Shown piece after piece: positions 1 through 10,324 of a stretch of DNA of 64,000 nt (the first letter of the stretch is position 1; each line of letters opens with the position of its first letter). The notes beneath the pieces are model-generated. The model ran no database searches, was not told the origin of the DNA, and saw only the letters and a list, made by a program, of their open reading frames with translations. A program made the position numbers and the translations under genes. The DNA comes from an uncultured Candidatus Saccharibacteria bacterium (GTDB lineage: Bacteria > Patescibacteriota > Minisyncoccia > Phycocordibacterales > UBA2100), in NCBI GenBank assembly GCA_964399865.1, contig CAYNRJ010000001.1, positions 2,315 through 66,314 of the forward strand, in the 5' to 3' direction.

Positions 1-3000
1 CGAAATGCATACTTTGCCGGAAGCGTCGGTATCGGTACTACATCTCCTGCGTATGCCCTCGATATAGCGGGATTTATAAACATTAATGAATATTCTGGAT
101 ACAAACAGAACGGTTCGACGATCCTCTTCGCCACAACGACAACAGGTCTTCTAGGGGTAGGCATCAATGCTCTTGCCAGCGCGATCTCAACTTCGACAGA
201 TGCCACTTCCGCTACGTACAGTGTAGCGGTTGGTGAGAACGCGCTTCGCTACGCGACCTCTTCAGACTTTAATACTGCCGTGGGCTGGAGCGCACTTCGA
301 GGGAGTTCTAGTGCTACGGCTAATAACTCTGGTGAACGTAATGTTGCTGTTGGATATGACTCGCTTCTTGCAAATACAACGGGCTCTCGAAACGTAGCGT
401 CAGGGTTTACCTCAATGTTGAACAATACGACAGGTTCAGACAATGTTGCTATCGGAAATGGTGCGCTCATGATTGCTACAAGTTCTTCTAATAACATAGC
501 TATTGGCACAGAGGCTCTTATTTCTCTGAGGACAAGCTCGGTCAACGATCTAGAGGGGAGTATAGCGATAGGATATGACGCTGGCGCAAGCGTAGTCTAC
601 GGAGGTGCAAACATCTTCATCGGTCATCTCGCTGGAGATAATCTCACCGGGGGCAGCAACAATATTATTATGGGGTATAGCATTGATGCTCCTTCAGCAA
701 CTCTTAGTGGCCAGCTCAATATTGGCAATATAATCTTTGGTACAGGCGTTGATTCAACAGGTACGACAATCGATACAAACGCACTTATAGGCATCGGGAC
801 ATCGACACCATGGGGTCGTTTGTCGGTCACTAATGTCGGAACAGAGCCATCTTTTGTTGTTCAGGACGAAGCCTCGCCAGACAACAGTCCGTTTATCATC
901 GACGCCACGGGGAACGTCGGAATCGGCACCACTTCTCCGTTCGCAAAACTCTCCGTCGTCGGTCAAACCGTAGGTGAATACTTCACCGCAACATCTACGG
1001 CTCGTGTATCTACGTTCCCATACGCATCAACCACCGCTATTACTGTTTCTGGTACCGCATCCTCTACATTACTTGTTGTCTCCGGTCTCAATGCAGCAGA
1101 CTGTGACGTGAAGGCGAGTGTGAACGGAGTCTTTTCTTGTGGCACTGACGCAGGAGGTGCCGGCGCGTCTCTCCAGGGTTCCTATGATGCAGGAGATACG
1201 ATTGAGACATCGGATGCAAACCCGATCGTTATTACCGAAACAGCCGCTGCGGCAAGTTCGCACAATCTGCTTGAGCTCGCTCCGAATCCGGCAGCTGGGG
1301 GCACGTTCTCCGGTAGCGCTCTGCAGATAACGATGGACGCAACTGACGCGAATGCGTATGCCGGTAATGGTCTCCGCATCGTCGTCGATCAATCACAAGT
1401 CGCATCGACGGCATACCCAATTCTTATTGAGGATGATGCTGGTGTAGACATATTCGCAGTTGCAGAGAACGGCGGACTCACCATCAACGGCGCGAATAGT
1501 GACGTCGTGCGCAGTTCGACCGCAGATTTCGCGCTCGGCACTGTCGGAGCAGGGCTCTCGAATGCAAATGGTCAGCTAAGTATGTCGAATGGAACAGTGC
1601 TGACCTCTAGCAACGGCATCATTACGACAGGGAGTCAGCCATCCGTGGATGCAGCCGTAAGCACCGGTGCACTTTCGATCGCAATTGCGAACGGGAAATA
1701 TCTAGTCATACGTGGAGGTGGAACGAATGCGATGTCTATTTATGATTCTGTAGCAGGCACGTTCACTGCTTCTTCGAGAACCTTGAACGGAACAGCTGGC
1801 GGTGGAACGCTCGCACTACCTCGTCCAGGAGGTACATACCGCATTCTTCATGGAAGCGGCTCACAGACGACCACGACTCTCATTGATCCTCAGGGGAATA
1901 TGTACCTCGGGTTTGGAACAACTACGGCCATGAACGCAGCCGTCGCGACTGGCACCGTCGCGTTTAGGCGACCTGACGGAAGATTCTTGATCGCAAACGG
2001 ACAAGGTGCCGGCACGACTCAGATTTATGATCCAATCGGTGATGTGTTCGTCGCAGGTCCTACGAACAGCGGTGGTGTCACTTGGGGCGCGGGAGCACTC
2101 GTCATCCCTATGGCCTCAAGTACGAGCGGAATCAGTTCAAGAGCACTATTTGTAACAGGGGGTGCGGCCGGCACAACTCAGATTTATAACAGCAGTGACG
2201 GTTCGGTATCAGGCATTGGTCCTCGCGGCTCATTCACTGTTGGACCACCGCTCGGTACGGGATGTGAAATAAACAACTGGGGTTCCGTAGCGATTGGGCG
2301 ACCAGACGGTAAATATGTGATTCTCTCCAAGATAAATGCCTCAGCGGTCTTCGATCCGATATTGGGTACGATGACGTGCCGCACATCTAACGGTCCTGGT
2401 GTCGCACTCGGTGTCGGCGCGCATGCGATTCCCCTCCAGAACGGTACTTTCCTCATCATCGTTGGTAGTGGTTCGACCGCATCGTATATTTACAATCCAA
2501 ATACCGACACGTTTACTTCACACGGGACCGCTCTCTCTGTCATCGGTGATGGCGCGCACTCTATTCTGAGGCAGGATGGCACATGGCAGATTCTCGCCGG
2601 AGGTACAACTACTCCAACAACCACAAATAATTTCGACACTGGTCTCCCAATGGCAGGCTCTGCTACGCGCTACACCTCAGATGATATTTCAACGACTGCT
2701 TTGAATCTCTCGTCAACGCTTAAGTGGGTAGCAGACGCACAAACGGCAATGGTTGGAAACGTAAACGCTACGTCCAGTCTCCAAATACTGGTACGCACGG
2801 CTGTAAATAGTGGCGGCTGTACAGCCCCCCTTGATGCAGCAACTGATAGGGAAATCCGTAACTCAGGAGACTTGATTGGTGCTGGTTCGACCGACAATTG
2901 TATCCGTATTACGGTTAACATGAGTCGACCAATACCAAAACGCATTATAGATGAACGCGGTACATTTACAGGAAACGGCTCAACTGTCACAGCGCTCGAT

Positions 3001-6000
3001 TATTACAACGTAAGTCTCCAGGAGCTCGTCGTCGATAACTCCTCGTTCCTCCGTCGTAACAACTTTGCATTTAATGTGGCAAGCGCTGATGCCGCCGCTC
3101 CACAGAGTGACGCTTCTGGTCCGGTCCTCACGAGAGCTGAAGCTCTTTCGGACAGAGTCTATCTTCCTTGGGGTCGTATTAATCCTACAACAGCGTCAGG
3201 AAGTACAGGATATTACTTTGGTACAACAACAATTGCTCATCCGCCAATTCCGCAAGCGCAGGCAACGACGAGTACAATTGTCATTGAACGGCCTAACAAA
3301 ACGTTCGTGATTATTGCTTCTCTTACGACTCCAGCCGCAAACGCTGCTCTGTATGATCCGAACACGCAGACGTTCACATCTCAGTCTGGAAGTAATATTC
3401 CAACCGCCGCGAATGGTCCTGGAGGCTTTGCGCTGAAACTCCCTAGCGGCAAGTTCCTAGTTGTTCTCGGAAATAATACTGTAACCACGAACTTCTACGA
3501 TCCTATTACGAATACCTTTAGCGCCGGGCCAGATCTTACTGTCGCGGCAAACCTTGGTGCAATCGCGATTCCGAATGCCGATGGAACGTACACCATTACC
3601 CACGGTGCTGGTGCTACAACATCGTCAATATTCGATCCAATACGCTACACGACGCAAAGAATGGCAACTGGCCCTACACAAACAACAGGCACTGCCTGCG
3701 GTGCTGCGGCTATACCGCTTCGTAACGGAAATTACAAGATTATCGTTGGTGCTGCAGACGGGGCAGCTGCAGCAGCAACAACGATGAACTATGATCCGCG
3801 CGCGAAAGTGTTTATTGCAGGTACAAATATGGTTACAAACGCCGTTGGCTGTGGATCGCAGGTCTTCCAAAGGGCAGACGGATTCTGGGAAGTGACTGGC
3901 GGCGGTACGACGTCAGGTGCAGGTACGCTCGTCACCAACATCATTAACCCAGACTCTGGTCAGACATCCATTGGTGCTCCGATGACTACTAACACCGCTG
4001 GAAAGGGTCAACTTCTCATTCCAAGACCTGACGGCACATTCTTACTTATCAGCGGTAACAACACAGTCAACACCAACATCATCATTCCGTATGGTGTCGG
4101 ACCTGCAGCATCTGCGGTCTCAGGCGTATCACAGCTCGGCGTTGCTCCAATTGGTCCTCCGCTTAACTTAGCTGTTGGTAATGGCTCTGTTGCCTTCCAA
4201 AGACCGGATGGTAAATTCGTTATCATTAACGGAAATGCAACAAGCAGCACACAGCTCATTGACGTTGGATGGTATCCGGACGGGCAGTATCTTTCTGAGC
4301 AGATTCAAATTCCTGCGCTCCCAGCAAACGCTGTACTTAACTGGAAGCAGACACCAGATAACTTTGTCTCAATGCGTGTGAGAGTTGCCTCATCACAGGC
4401 AAATCTCGCAACCTCGACATTTATTACTGTCGGGAAGCCTGGAACCAGTATCGCTAATGCGGGTGGCGAGACGTGGGCACAGATAGAAATTAACTTCCGC
4501 CGCGACTTCCCTGCATATAGTGGCGCAAAAGATAGCGTGTATGGAGGTTCCAGCAACAACGTCTATCCGTACCGCAATATCTCAACTCCGTCAGTATTTC
4601 AATTCCAGCTCAGTAATGGCCAGGATCTCCTCACACTCCAGACGAACGGTCGTAATCTGATGCGAGTTACATCTGATGGAAACATCTACTCTGCCGCCAA
4701 CGGTGGATTCTATAGTGGTGGTGCTGACTTGGCGGAAAATTACACTTCCACACAGACGCTCGTTGCTGGTGAGGTCGTGATGATCGATCCATCGAACGCA
4801 CAGGGTGTCATTCGCGCGACTGGTCAGTATCAAAATACGATACTCGGCGTTGTTTCGACTGAGCCAGGCTTCATTGCCGGCGCATTTACTGAAAATTCCT
4901 ACCCAATCGGTCTTATCGGTCGTGTACCTGTGAAGATCTCAACCGAGAATGGCCCAATTCGCTCAGGTGACATCCTCACTTCTGCGTCGATTTCTGGTTA
5001 TGCAATGCGCGCAACACAAGCTGGCCGCTCCCTTGGTAAGGCACTCGAGAATTTCGATGAGAGTACGGCGACCCCATGTCCTGCCGAGGGGCTCGGGAAT
5101 GTCGAATCTACAAAATGCGGAACGATCATGATGTTCGTTAACCTAGTCGATTACCTTGGTTCGCCAATAGAGCTAATGATGGATGAGGCAGGATTCTCAA
5201 TAGACGAGCCAGTACTAGCTTCCGAGGTTTCTGCGGACGAGGACGTACTCGAGGGCCTAGCGCTCGTCGCAGAGGCTCCGTCCGCTGACGAAAAGGCTGC
5301 CGCACGGAGAGCGCGCATACTCGCGTTCCTCCAGAACCTGAAAGAGCAGCGGGGAGCAATGGGCATAAGTTCTGAGATATTCACTGATCGCATTAGTTCT
5401 GCGTTCGAGATTGTCTCGCCACAGCTAACGACGGACACGCTTTCCGCAAATACGATCGCCGGGGTCTCAGGTGGTGTATCAGTCGCACTTGCTACAGGTA
5501 CACAATTCGCGATTATCAATAAAGACGCGTCGGGAAGCGCCTCTTCAACACCAGTAGCATCGTTTGATGCTTCTGGAAACCTATTTATCGGCGGTGATCT
5601 CGTCATTTTTGGTCGACCGTACTTTACAACTGACACTGCGGGCTTTGCTGTCGTGAAGGCGGGGAGTTCAAAAGTTGAAGTTATATTCGACCGAGAATAT
5701 CTCGAGCAGCCAATTGTAAACGCAAACATCTCGCTCGACGCTCTCCCTGACGAAGCGCAAGCGGCTGCTGCTGCGGAAGCAATCTTTTCGGATGATATCC
5801 GTTACCTTGTCACGGAAAAGAGCGCAAAAGGCTTCACGGTGCTTCTCAACAAACCGGCTTCTAAAGACATTCAGTTTAGTTGGATCGCTCTCGCGGTGAA
5901 GGGAGCTAAGACGTTCCAGTCAGCTGCTCCAGAAGGCGTTGATGTCGAAAACCCAGAACTTCCTGTTGAACCACAAGAATCTCCGGTGGAAGAAAACGAG

Positions 6001-6483
6001 GGTGGAGGCGAGTCGGAGCAGTCGGTCGAGGAGGAAATTGCGGAGGAGGAAACAGGGGGCTCTGGAGATGCGCCCCCACAAGTGACGGTGATAGGAGAGA
6101 GTCCTGTACGTATTGAAATAGGAACGGGGTATTCCGATCAGGGGGCGCTCGTTTCCGATGACCATGATACTGGGATCGGTCTCACGACGTTTGTAAACGG
6201 AGCGTTTTCCCTCGCAGTGCAATTGGACACCTCAACAACGACTTCATACGAGATCAAGTATCGCGCAACGGATTCAGCAGGGAACGTGACAGAAAAGACT
6301 CGCATTGTAGAAGTATATGAACCCGAAATACCAGTTTCTGAGGCGCAACCAGAATCTCTACCAGAGCCTGAGTCAGAACCAGCTCCTGAGCCGGAAGTAG
6401 TCGTAGGCTCAGCTCCTCAGTCAGAGTCCGCGGTAGAAGCTGAACCTAGCCCAGAACTTTCCTCTGAAATTGTAGAAGAGTAA
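1..6483 (+). CDS. Giant surface/fibre protein, 5'-truncated: VGIGTxxP repeats, YadA-head-like repeats, two kelch-like propeller regions, intramolecular-chaperone (Peptidase_G2-like) domain, DUF5011-like Ig domain, acidic Pro/Glu tail
   Basis: Frame is open from base 1 (RNAYFAGSVGIGTTSP...), upstream of the listed 280 start. Motifs: NxAxGxxAL repeats; repeated RPDG(K/R)(F/Y)LI and YDP...F..GP blades; GADLAENY; PPQVTVIGESPVRIEIGTGYSDQGA. Confidence 0.85.
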   Translation, partial: RNAYFAGSVGIGTTSPAYALDIAGFININEYSGYKQNGSTILFATTTTGLLGVGINALASAISTSTDATSATYSVAVGENALRYATSSDFNTAVGWSALRGSSSATANNSGERNVAVGYDSLLANTTGSRNVASGFTSMLNNTTGSDNVAIGNGALMIATSSSNNIAIGTEALISLRTSSVNDLEGSIAIGYDAGASVVYGGANIFIGHLAGDNLTGGSNNIIMGYSIDAPSATLSGQLNIGNIIFGTGVDSTGTTIDTNALIGIGTSTPWGRLSVTNVGTEPSFVVQDEASPDNSPFIIDATGNVGIGTTSPFAKLSVVGQTVGEYFTATSTARVSTFPYASTTAITVSGTASSTLLVVSGLNAADCDVKASVNGVFSCGTDAGGAGASLQGSYDAGDTIETSDANPIVITETAAAASSHNLLELAPNPAAGGTFSGSALQITMDATDANAYAGNGLRIVVDQSQVASTAYPILIEDDAGVDIFAVAENGGLTINGANSDVVRSSTADFALGTVGAGLSNANGQLSMSNGTVLTSSNGIITTGSQPSVDAAVSTGALSIAIANGKYLVIRGGGTNAMSIYDSVAGTFTASSRTLNGTAGGGTLALPRPGGTYRILHGSGSQTTTTLIDPQGNMYLGFGTTTAMNAAVATGTVAFRRPDGRFLIANGQGAGTTQIYDPIGDVFVAGPTNSGGVTWGAGALVIPMASSTSGISSRALFVTGGAAGTTQIYNSSDGSVSGIGPRGSFTVGPPLGTGCEINNWGSVAIGRPDGKYVILSKINASAVFDPILGTMTCRTSNGPGVALGVGAHAIPLQNGTFLIIVGSGSTASYIYNPNTDTFTSHGTALSVIGDGAHSILRQDGTWQILAGGTTTPTTTNNFDTGLPMAGSATRYTSDDISTTALNLSSTLKWVADAQTAMVGNVNATSSLQILVRTAVNSGGCTAPLDAATDREIRNSGDLIGAGSTDNCIRITVNMSRPIPKRIIDERGTFTGNGSTVTALDYYNVSLQELVVDNSSFLRRNNFAFNVASADAAAPQSDASGPVLTRAEALSDRVYLPWGRINPTTASGSTGYYFGTTTIAHPPIPQAQATTSTIVIERPNKTFVIIASLTTPAANAALYDPNTQTFTSQSGSNIPTAANGPGGFALKLPSGKFLVVLGNNTVTTNFYDPITNTFSAGPDLTVAANLGAIAIPNADGTYTITHGAGATTSSIFDPIRYTTQRMATGPTQTTGTACGAAAIPLRNGNYKIIVGAADGAAAAATTMNYDPRAKVFIAGTNMVTNAVGCGSQVFQRADGFWEVTGGGTTSGAGTLVTNIINPDSGQTSIGAPMTTNTAGKGQLLIPRPDGTFLLISGNNTVNTNIIIPYGVGPAASAVSGVSQLGVAPIGPPLNLAVGNGSVAFQRPDGKFVIINGNATSSTQLIDVGWYPDGQYLSEQIQIPALPANAVLNWKQTPDNFVSMRVRVASSQANLATSTFITVGKPGTSIANAGGETWAQIEINFRRDFPAYSGAKDSVYGGSSNNVYPYRNISTPSVFQFQLSNGQDLLTLQTNGRNLMRVTSDGNIYSAANGGFYSGGADLAENYTSTQTLVAGEVVMIDPSNAQGVIRATGQYQNTILGVVSTEPGFIAGAFTENSYPIGLIGRVPVKISTENGPIRSGDILTSASISGYAMRATQAGRSLGKALENFDESTATPCPAEGLGNVESTKCGTIMMFVNLVDYLGSPIELMMDEAGFSIDEPVLASEVSADEDVLEGLALVAEAPSADEKAAARRARILAFLQNLKEQRGAMGISSEIFTDRISSAFEIVSPQLTTDTLSANTIAGVSGGVSVALATGTQFAIINKDASGSASSTPVASFDASGNLFIGGDLVIFGRPYFTTDTAGFAVVKAGSSKVEVIFDREYLEQPIVNANISLDALPDEAQAAAAAEAIFSDDIRYLVTEKSAKGFTVLLNKPASKDIQFSWIALAVKGAKTFQSAAPEGVDVENPELPVEPQESPVEENEGGGESEQSVEEEIAEEETGGSGDAPPQVTVIGESPVRIEIGTGYSDQGALVSDDHDTGIGLTTFVNGAFSLAVQLDTSTTTSYEIKYRATDSAGNVTEKTRIVEVYEPEIPVSEAQPESLPEPESEPAPEPEVVVGSAPQSESAVEAEPSPELSSEIVEE

Positions 6484-6504
6484 AGAGGTTAGCAGCTTCT
6501 CTTA

Positions 6505-7482
6505 TTATCGATACTGCGAGTCTATTTTTTTATAAACAAATTCTGAAATGTCGGCGACGGCTCTCTCGAGAGTAGGCACTTCTTCGCCCCGAGTCATGAT
6601 GCAGAGAAGGTAGGGGTGTTTGGGATAATAGACTATACCGCAGTCGTGCAAATGACGCTCACCATCGTTGATTTGTCTTTCGCCGAATTTATGAGCTACG
6701 AGAATTTTGTCTGGCACACCCTTACGCAAGCCTTCGGTGAAATCGATTTTCGAAAGTAGCGACAGTGCCTGCTCTGAATGTGCTTGGGAGAGGAATGACG
6801 CGTTATAAAGGATTCTAAAAAAAGCGGCGTATTGTTTTACGGAAAGAGCTGAACTCGGATCGTTTAGTACATTTGCGTCGACATCCAATAGATCGTACAG
6901 GTGTCTAATATCATCTCCTGGGAGATCCGTAAGTAGGAGAAATAACGACTCGTTGTCGGAGTAGATGATCATTCTCTCGATAAGCTCACTTACCGTATAT
7001 GCTTTCCCGACTTCAAGAGTCTCCTCTGGCAAAATCGTTTGCTCGACAGGTGACGCGCGTTTTTCTTGAAATGTAATTTCTTTCTGCAAGATGCTCGGGT
7101 TGTCCTCAGCGGCGCGGAAAAATGCCATCATGACCGGTACCTTCAATAAGCTCGCAGGAATGAATGGATCATCTTGTTGAATACCAAAGGTCGGGCCGTT
7201 GTTCAGGTCACGGAAATATACTGCTATCTCACTCGCGGAAGTTTTTTTCTCTAGAGAGGTTACTAGTTTTTCAAGGTCCGACCGGAAGTTTATTTTTTCT
7301 GCGTCGATCGTTCCTTGTGCAATCTCGCATTCAAGGAGTGGATTGGTAAGCACACCTTCACCTGAGCGGACCTGTGCTGATGTGCTGGAGTGCGGTGTGG
7401 ACTTGTGAAGGTTTGCGTATCCGATCGCTCCGAGGGCTGCTCCGAGCGCAAGCGTTACGGTGAAGGAAAATACCCTACGCAT
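6505..7482 (-). CDS. Class A beta-lactamase-like serine hydrolase, membrane-anchored
   Basis: N-terminal TM; ASLLK (SxxK), SDN, HKFG and HDCGIVY motifs. Start set at the ATG 8 nt after TGcTAGCAT. Confidence 0.85.
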   Translation of the reverse strand: MRRVFSFTVTLALGAALGAIGYANLHKSTPHSSTSAQVRSGEGVLTNPLLECEIAQGTIDAEKINFRSDLEKLVTSLEKKTSASEIAVYFRDLNNGPTFGIQQDDPFIPASLLKVPVMMAFFRAAEDNPSILQKEITFQEKRASPVEQTILPEETLEVGKAYTVSELIERMIIYSDNESLFLLLTDLPGDDIRHLYDLLDVDANVLNDPSSALSVKQYAAFFRILYNASFLSQAHSEQALSLLSKIDFTEGLRKGVPDKILVAHKFGERQINDGERHLHDCGIVYYPKHPYLLCIMTRGEEVPTLERAVADISEFVYKKIDSQYR

Positions 7483-7611
7483 GTGCCACCATGCTAGCAC
7501 AGGCAAGACTCTCTCTCTACGTTTTCAACAAAGTACATATCGACCTTCCGCATGCCCGTGAAAACGTGCTTTAATTACAGCGATATAGAGCGAGCTATTG
7601 ATTTTTTTATT

Positions 7612-8037
7612 ATGCCAACCCCAAGCGTTTCGGTCCCATGGATGAATTCAAAAATTGTCATCGCTATTCTAGTTTTTCTACTAGTTGGGGCTGGTGGGGC
7701 AGCATATTACTTTTACTCAAAGGCATCGGTTGTGCAGACAGAATCACAGGAAGACACGCAAAAAGAAGTTCAATCACTTATTGATGAAATAGGGAAGTTA
7801 ATCATGCTTCCTGAAGGTGAGACGCCGACAATTGCAACGGTTTCTAACCCAGAGCGTCTCAAGGATCAACCTTTTTTCGCCAAGGCAAAAGCGGGAGATA
7901 AAGTTCTCATTTATACGATAGCGAGGAAAGCGTTTTTGTATGATCCTGTCGCAGGAAAACTCATAGAAGTCGCACCTCTTAGTACGGCCACGGGCGCTGA
8001 AGTGGAGACAGATGTTTCAGGAGCGATTTCTGAGTAA
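7612..8037 (+). CDS. Membrane-anchored hypothetical protein
   Basis: N-terminal TM followed by PTIATV...QPFF..AK.GDKVLIY; first gene of the cohesin/dockerin cluster. Confidence 0.7.
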   Translation: MPTPSVSVPWMNSKIVIAILVFLLVGAGGAAYYFYSKASVVQTESQEDTQKEVQSLIDEIGKLIMLPEGETPTIATVSNPERLKDQPFFAKAKAGDKVLIYTIARKAFLYDPVAGKLIEVAPLSTATGAEVETDVSGAISE

Positions 8038-8060
8038 GTCTAATACGCATACAGGTATTT

Positions 8061-9401
8061 ATGGCATACCGAACAAACACTATAGCGATCGGTATTATGC
8101 TGGGACTATTTTTTCTGTTTTCTTCCGTTTCTCTTGCGGATGAATTTACTTCCGGTGATTATAAAATAGTCGATCCCGTCATCGTGCCGTCGGGATTCGC
8201 GACGTCTTCTAGCTTTCAGTTGTGGAGCACCATCTCTGAATTAGCAACAGGAACAAGCACGGCGACAACGTTTTCTCTAAGTTCCGGATTTCTTACATTC
8301 CCATTCGTCTCTACCCCGGTAGTTTCTGCAACTGCTGGTGACGCTCAAGTATCAATTTCGTGGAGCGCTTCGGAAGGATTCCTCGGATGGAGTATATCGG
8401 GGTATGACATCGCTCGGGCCACGGTTTCTGGCGGTCCATACACATACTCAGATGTTGGAAATGTTCTTAGTAGTACAAGAACCGGCCTCACTAATGGGAC
8501 CACGTACTATTTTGTTGTCGTTCCGAAGGATATATTTGGGAATAGAATCGCCACTTCGACAGAAGTATCCGCGACGCCGGTTGCATCAAGTGGGGGCGGA
8601 GGTGGTGGTGGAGGAGGTGGTGGCGGGGGCGGTGGAGGAGGCGGTGGAGCAGCAGCGCCGTCCGGTGCGAATGTATTCTTTTCAGGACGCGCGTATCCTG
8701 GAAGTACCGTAGTTCTCCTTAAGGACGCGCAGGTGGCCGCTACAACTGTTGCAGGAGCAGATGCGAAATTCCAAATCGCCCTCGGAGGGCTTTCAACCGG
8801 GAACTTTATATTCTCAATGTATGGTGAAGATAAAGCTGGCAATCGCTCCTCGCTCCTGTCGTTTCCGGTGAGCGTAACAGCCAATGTGTTTACGAATGTC
8901 GGTGGTATTTTCATTTCACCATCGATTACAACTGACAAGGCTGAGGTGAGAAAAGGAGACAATATAGCAATCTTCGGACAATCATCGCCAAAGTCAGACA
9001 TAGTCATCGCGGTGAACTCTGAAGAAGAATTATTCGCGCAGGTAAAGGCGGATGATAGTGGAGCGTATCTCCTAAATTTTGACACATCGGTTCTCGAGAT
9101 GGGAAGTCACACAGCAAAATCAAAGGCGGCATTGGCAGGGGAGATAAGTACATACAGCAAAGCTGCCGCGTTTACCGTAGGAACAAAAAATGTGGTTGCT
9201 CTCGTTACTACGAAGAAAGCCACAAAGGGTGACGCAAGTGGAGACGGAAAAGTGAACCTCGTAGATTTTTCAGTTGCTGCCTATTGGTATAAACGCCCGC
9301 TCACCCCAGCCTTTAGGGAAATCGAGAAGACGATGCTCAACGGCGACGGACAAGTAACACTCGCTGACTTCTCCATCATAGCCTATCACTGGGGAGGATG
9401 A
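8061..9401 (+). CDS. Secreted FN3 / poly-Gly / Ig protein with C-terminal dockerin-like domain
   Basis: Signal peptide; FN3 motif GLTNGTTYYFVV; Gly run; duplicated Ca-loops GDASGDGKVNLVDFS and LNGDGQVTLADFS. Confidence 0.8.
   Translation: MAYRTNTIAIGIMLGLFFLFSSVSLADEFTSGDYKIVDPVIVPSGFATSSSFQLWSTISELATGTSTATTFSLSSGFLTFPFVSTPVVSATAGDAQVSISWSASEGFLGWSISGYDIARATVSGGPYTYSDVGNVLSSTRTGLTNGTTYYFVVVPKDIFGNRIATSTEVSATPVASSGGGGGGGGGGGGGGGGGGGAAAPSGANVFFSGRAYPGSTVVLLKDAQVAATTVAGADAKFQIALGGLSTGNFIFSMYGEDKAGNRSSLLSFPVSVTANVFTNVGGIFISPSITTDKAEVRKGDNIAIFGQSSPKSDIVIAVNSEEELFAQVKADDSGAYLLNFDTSVLEMGSHTAKSKAALAGEISTYSKAAAFTVGTKNVVALVTTKKATKGDASGDGKVNLVDFSVAAYWYKRPLTPAFREIEKTMLNGDGQVTLADFSIIAYHWGG
8592..8648 (+). 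repeat. GGN codon run encoding a poly-glycine linker
   Basis: gggggcggaggtggtggtggaggaggtggtggcgggggcggtggaggaggcggtgga, with mixed third positions. Confidence 0.9.
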
Positions 9402-10324
9402 TATTGAGTATGCAGATAACAACAAAAAAAATTAGTATGTACGGATTGCTCTCTCTGCTCGTTGGCGTTTTGTACGTCTTAAGTATGACGGATGTTTACG
9501 CAGCAGAAATCATCGCTAGAACTCCGTCCGGAGTCGGCGTGGGAGATGCATTTACTGTCTCGGTTTTGCTCGACACAGAAGATGAGCGCATCAATGCTTT
9601 AGAGGGAACTCTCCAGTACACACGCTCTACACTCGTGCTCCGAGAATTGCGCACGGGTAATTCGATCGTTAATTTCTGGGTTGAGCAACCTAGTATAGAT
9701 AAACCTGGGTCCGTACGCTTTGCAGGGGTAACTCCGGGAGGCTTTCATGGAAATGAGGGAGAGATCTTTACTCTCGTATTTGAAGCGGTTAAAAGCGGTC
9801 GGGCGGAGATATCTCTTCAAGATGGAAAAGCGTATAGAAATACTGACGATGGAATTGCCTTCCCGCTCGTAGCTCGCATCCCCGCGTTTGCAATTAGCGA
9901 AAAGGGAGGAGGGATGTCGGTGCAGTCAATTTTAGAAACTGACAAGACACCACCTGAGTCCTTTACTCCCATGATTGCCACGGATCAATCTCTTTTTGAG
10001 GGGCGATCATTTATCGTTTTTGCAACGCAAGATAAAGGATCAAGTGTCGATCATTATGAAGTAGCAGAGCGCAAAGGATTTCCGTTTGCCCTCTTACGAA
10101 AAATGGTTTGGCAAAAAGCGGTGAGCCCGTTCGTGCTCTCTGATCAGTCGCGTATGTCATATGTATACGTGAAAGCTGTCGACAAAGCGGGAAATGAGCG
10201 CATCGCGCGGTTATCCCCTTCGCATCAATTTTTCTACTTTAGTAACACAGCGCTTATCGCTATACTTCTTGTATTGTTCGGCTCGGTGTTACTTTTTTAT
10301 GTACGAAAACGCAAGATTCGGTAG
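9398..10324 (+). CDS. Cohesin-domain protein with C-terminal membrane anchor
   Basis: Signal peptide; VGDAFTVSVLLDT...INALEGTLQY...SIVNFWVEQP...FAGVTPGG; C-terminal TM followed by RKRKIR. Overlaps the upstream stop (ATGA). Confidence 0.75.
   Translation: MILSMQITTKKISMYGLLSLLVGVLYVLSMTDVYAAEIIARTPSGVGVGDAFTVSVLLDTEDERINALEGTLQYTRSTLVLRELRTGNSIVNFWVEQPSIDKPGSVRFAGVTPGGFHGNEGEIFTLVFEAVKSGRAEISLQDGKAYRNTDDGIAFPLVARIPAFAISEKGGGMSVQSILETDKTPPESFTPMIATDQSLFEGRSFIVFATQDKGSSVDHYEVAERKGFPFALLRKMVWQKAVSPFVLSDQSRMSYVYVKAVDKAGNERIARLSPSHQFFYFSNTALIAILLVLFGSVLLFYVRKRKIR

Noticed and set aside
8507-9085. Poly-Pro ORF on the minus strand
   Set aside because: Shadow of the poly-Gly codons of the plus-strand gene.
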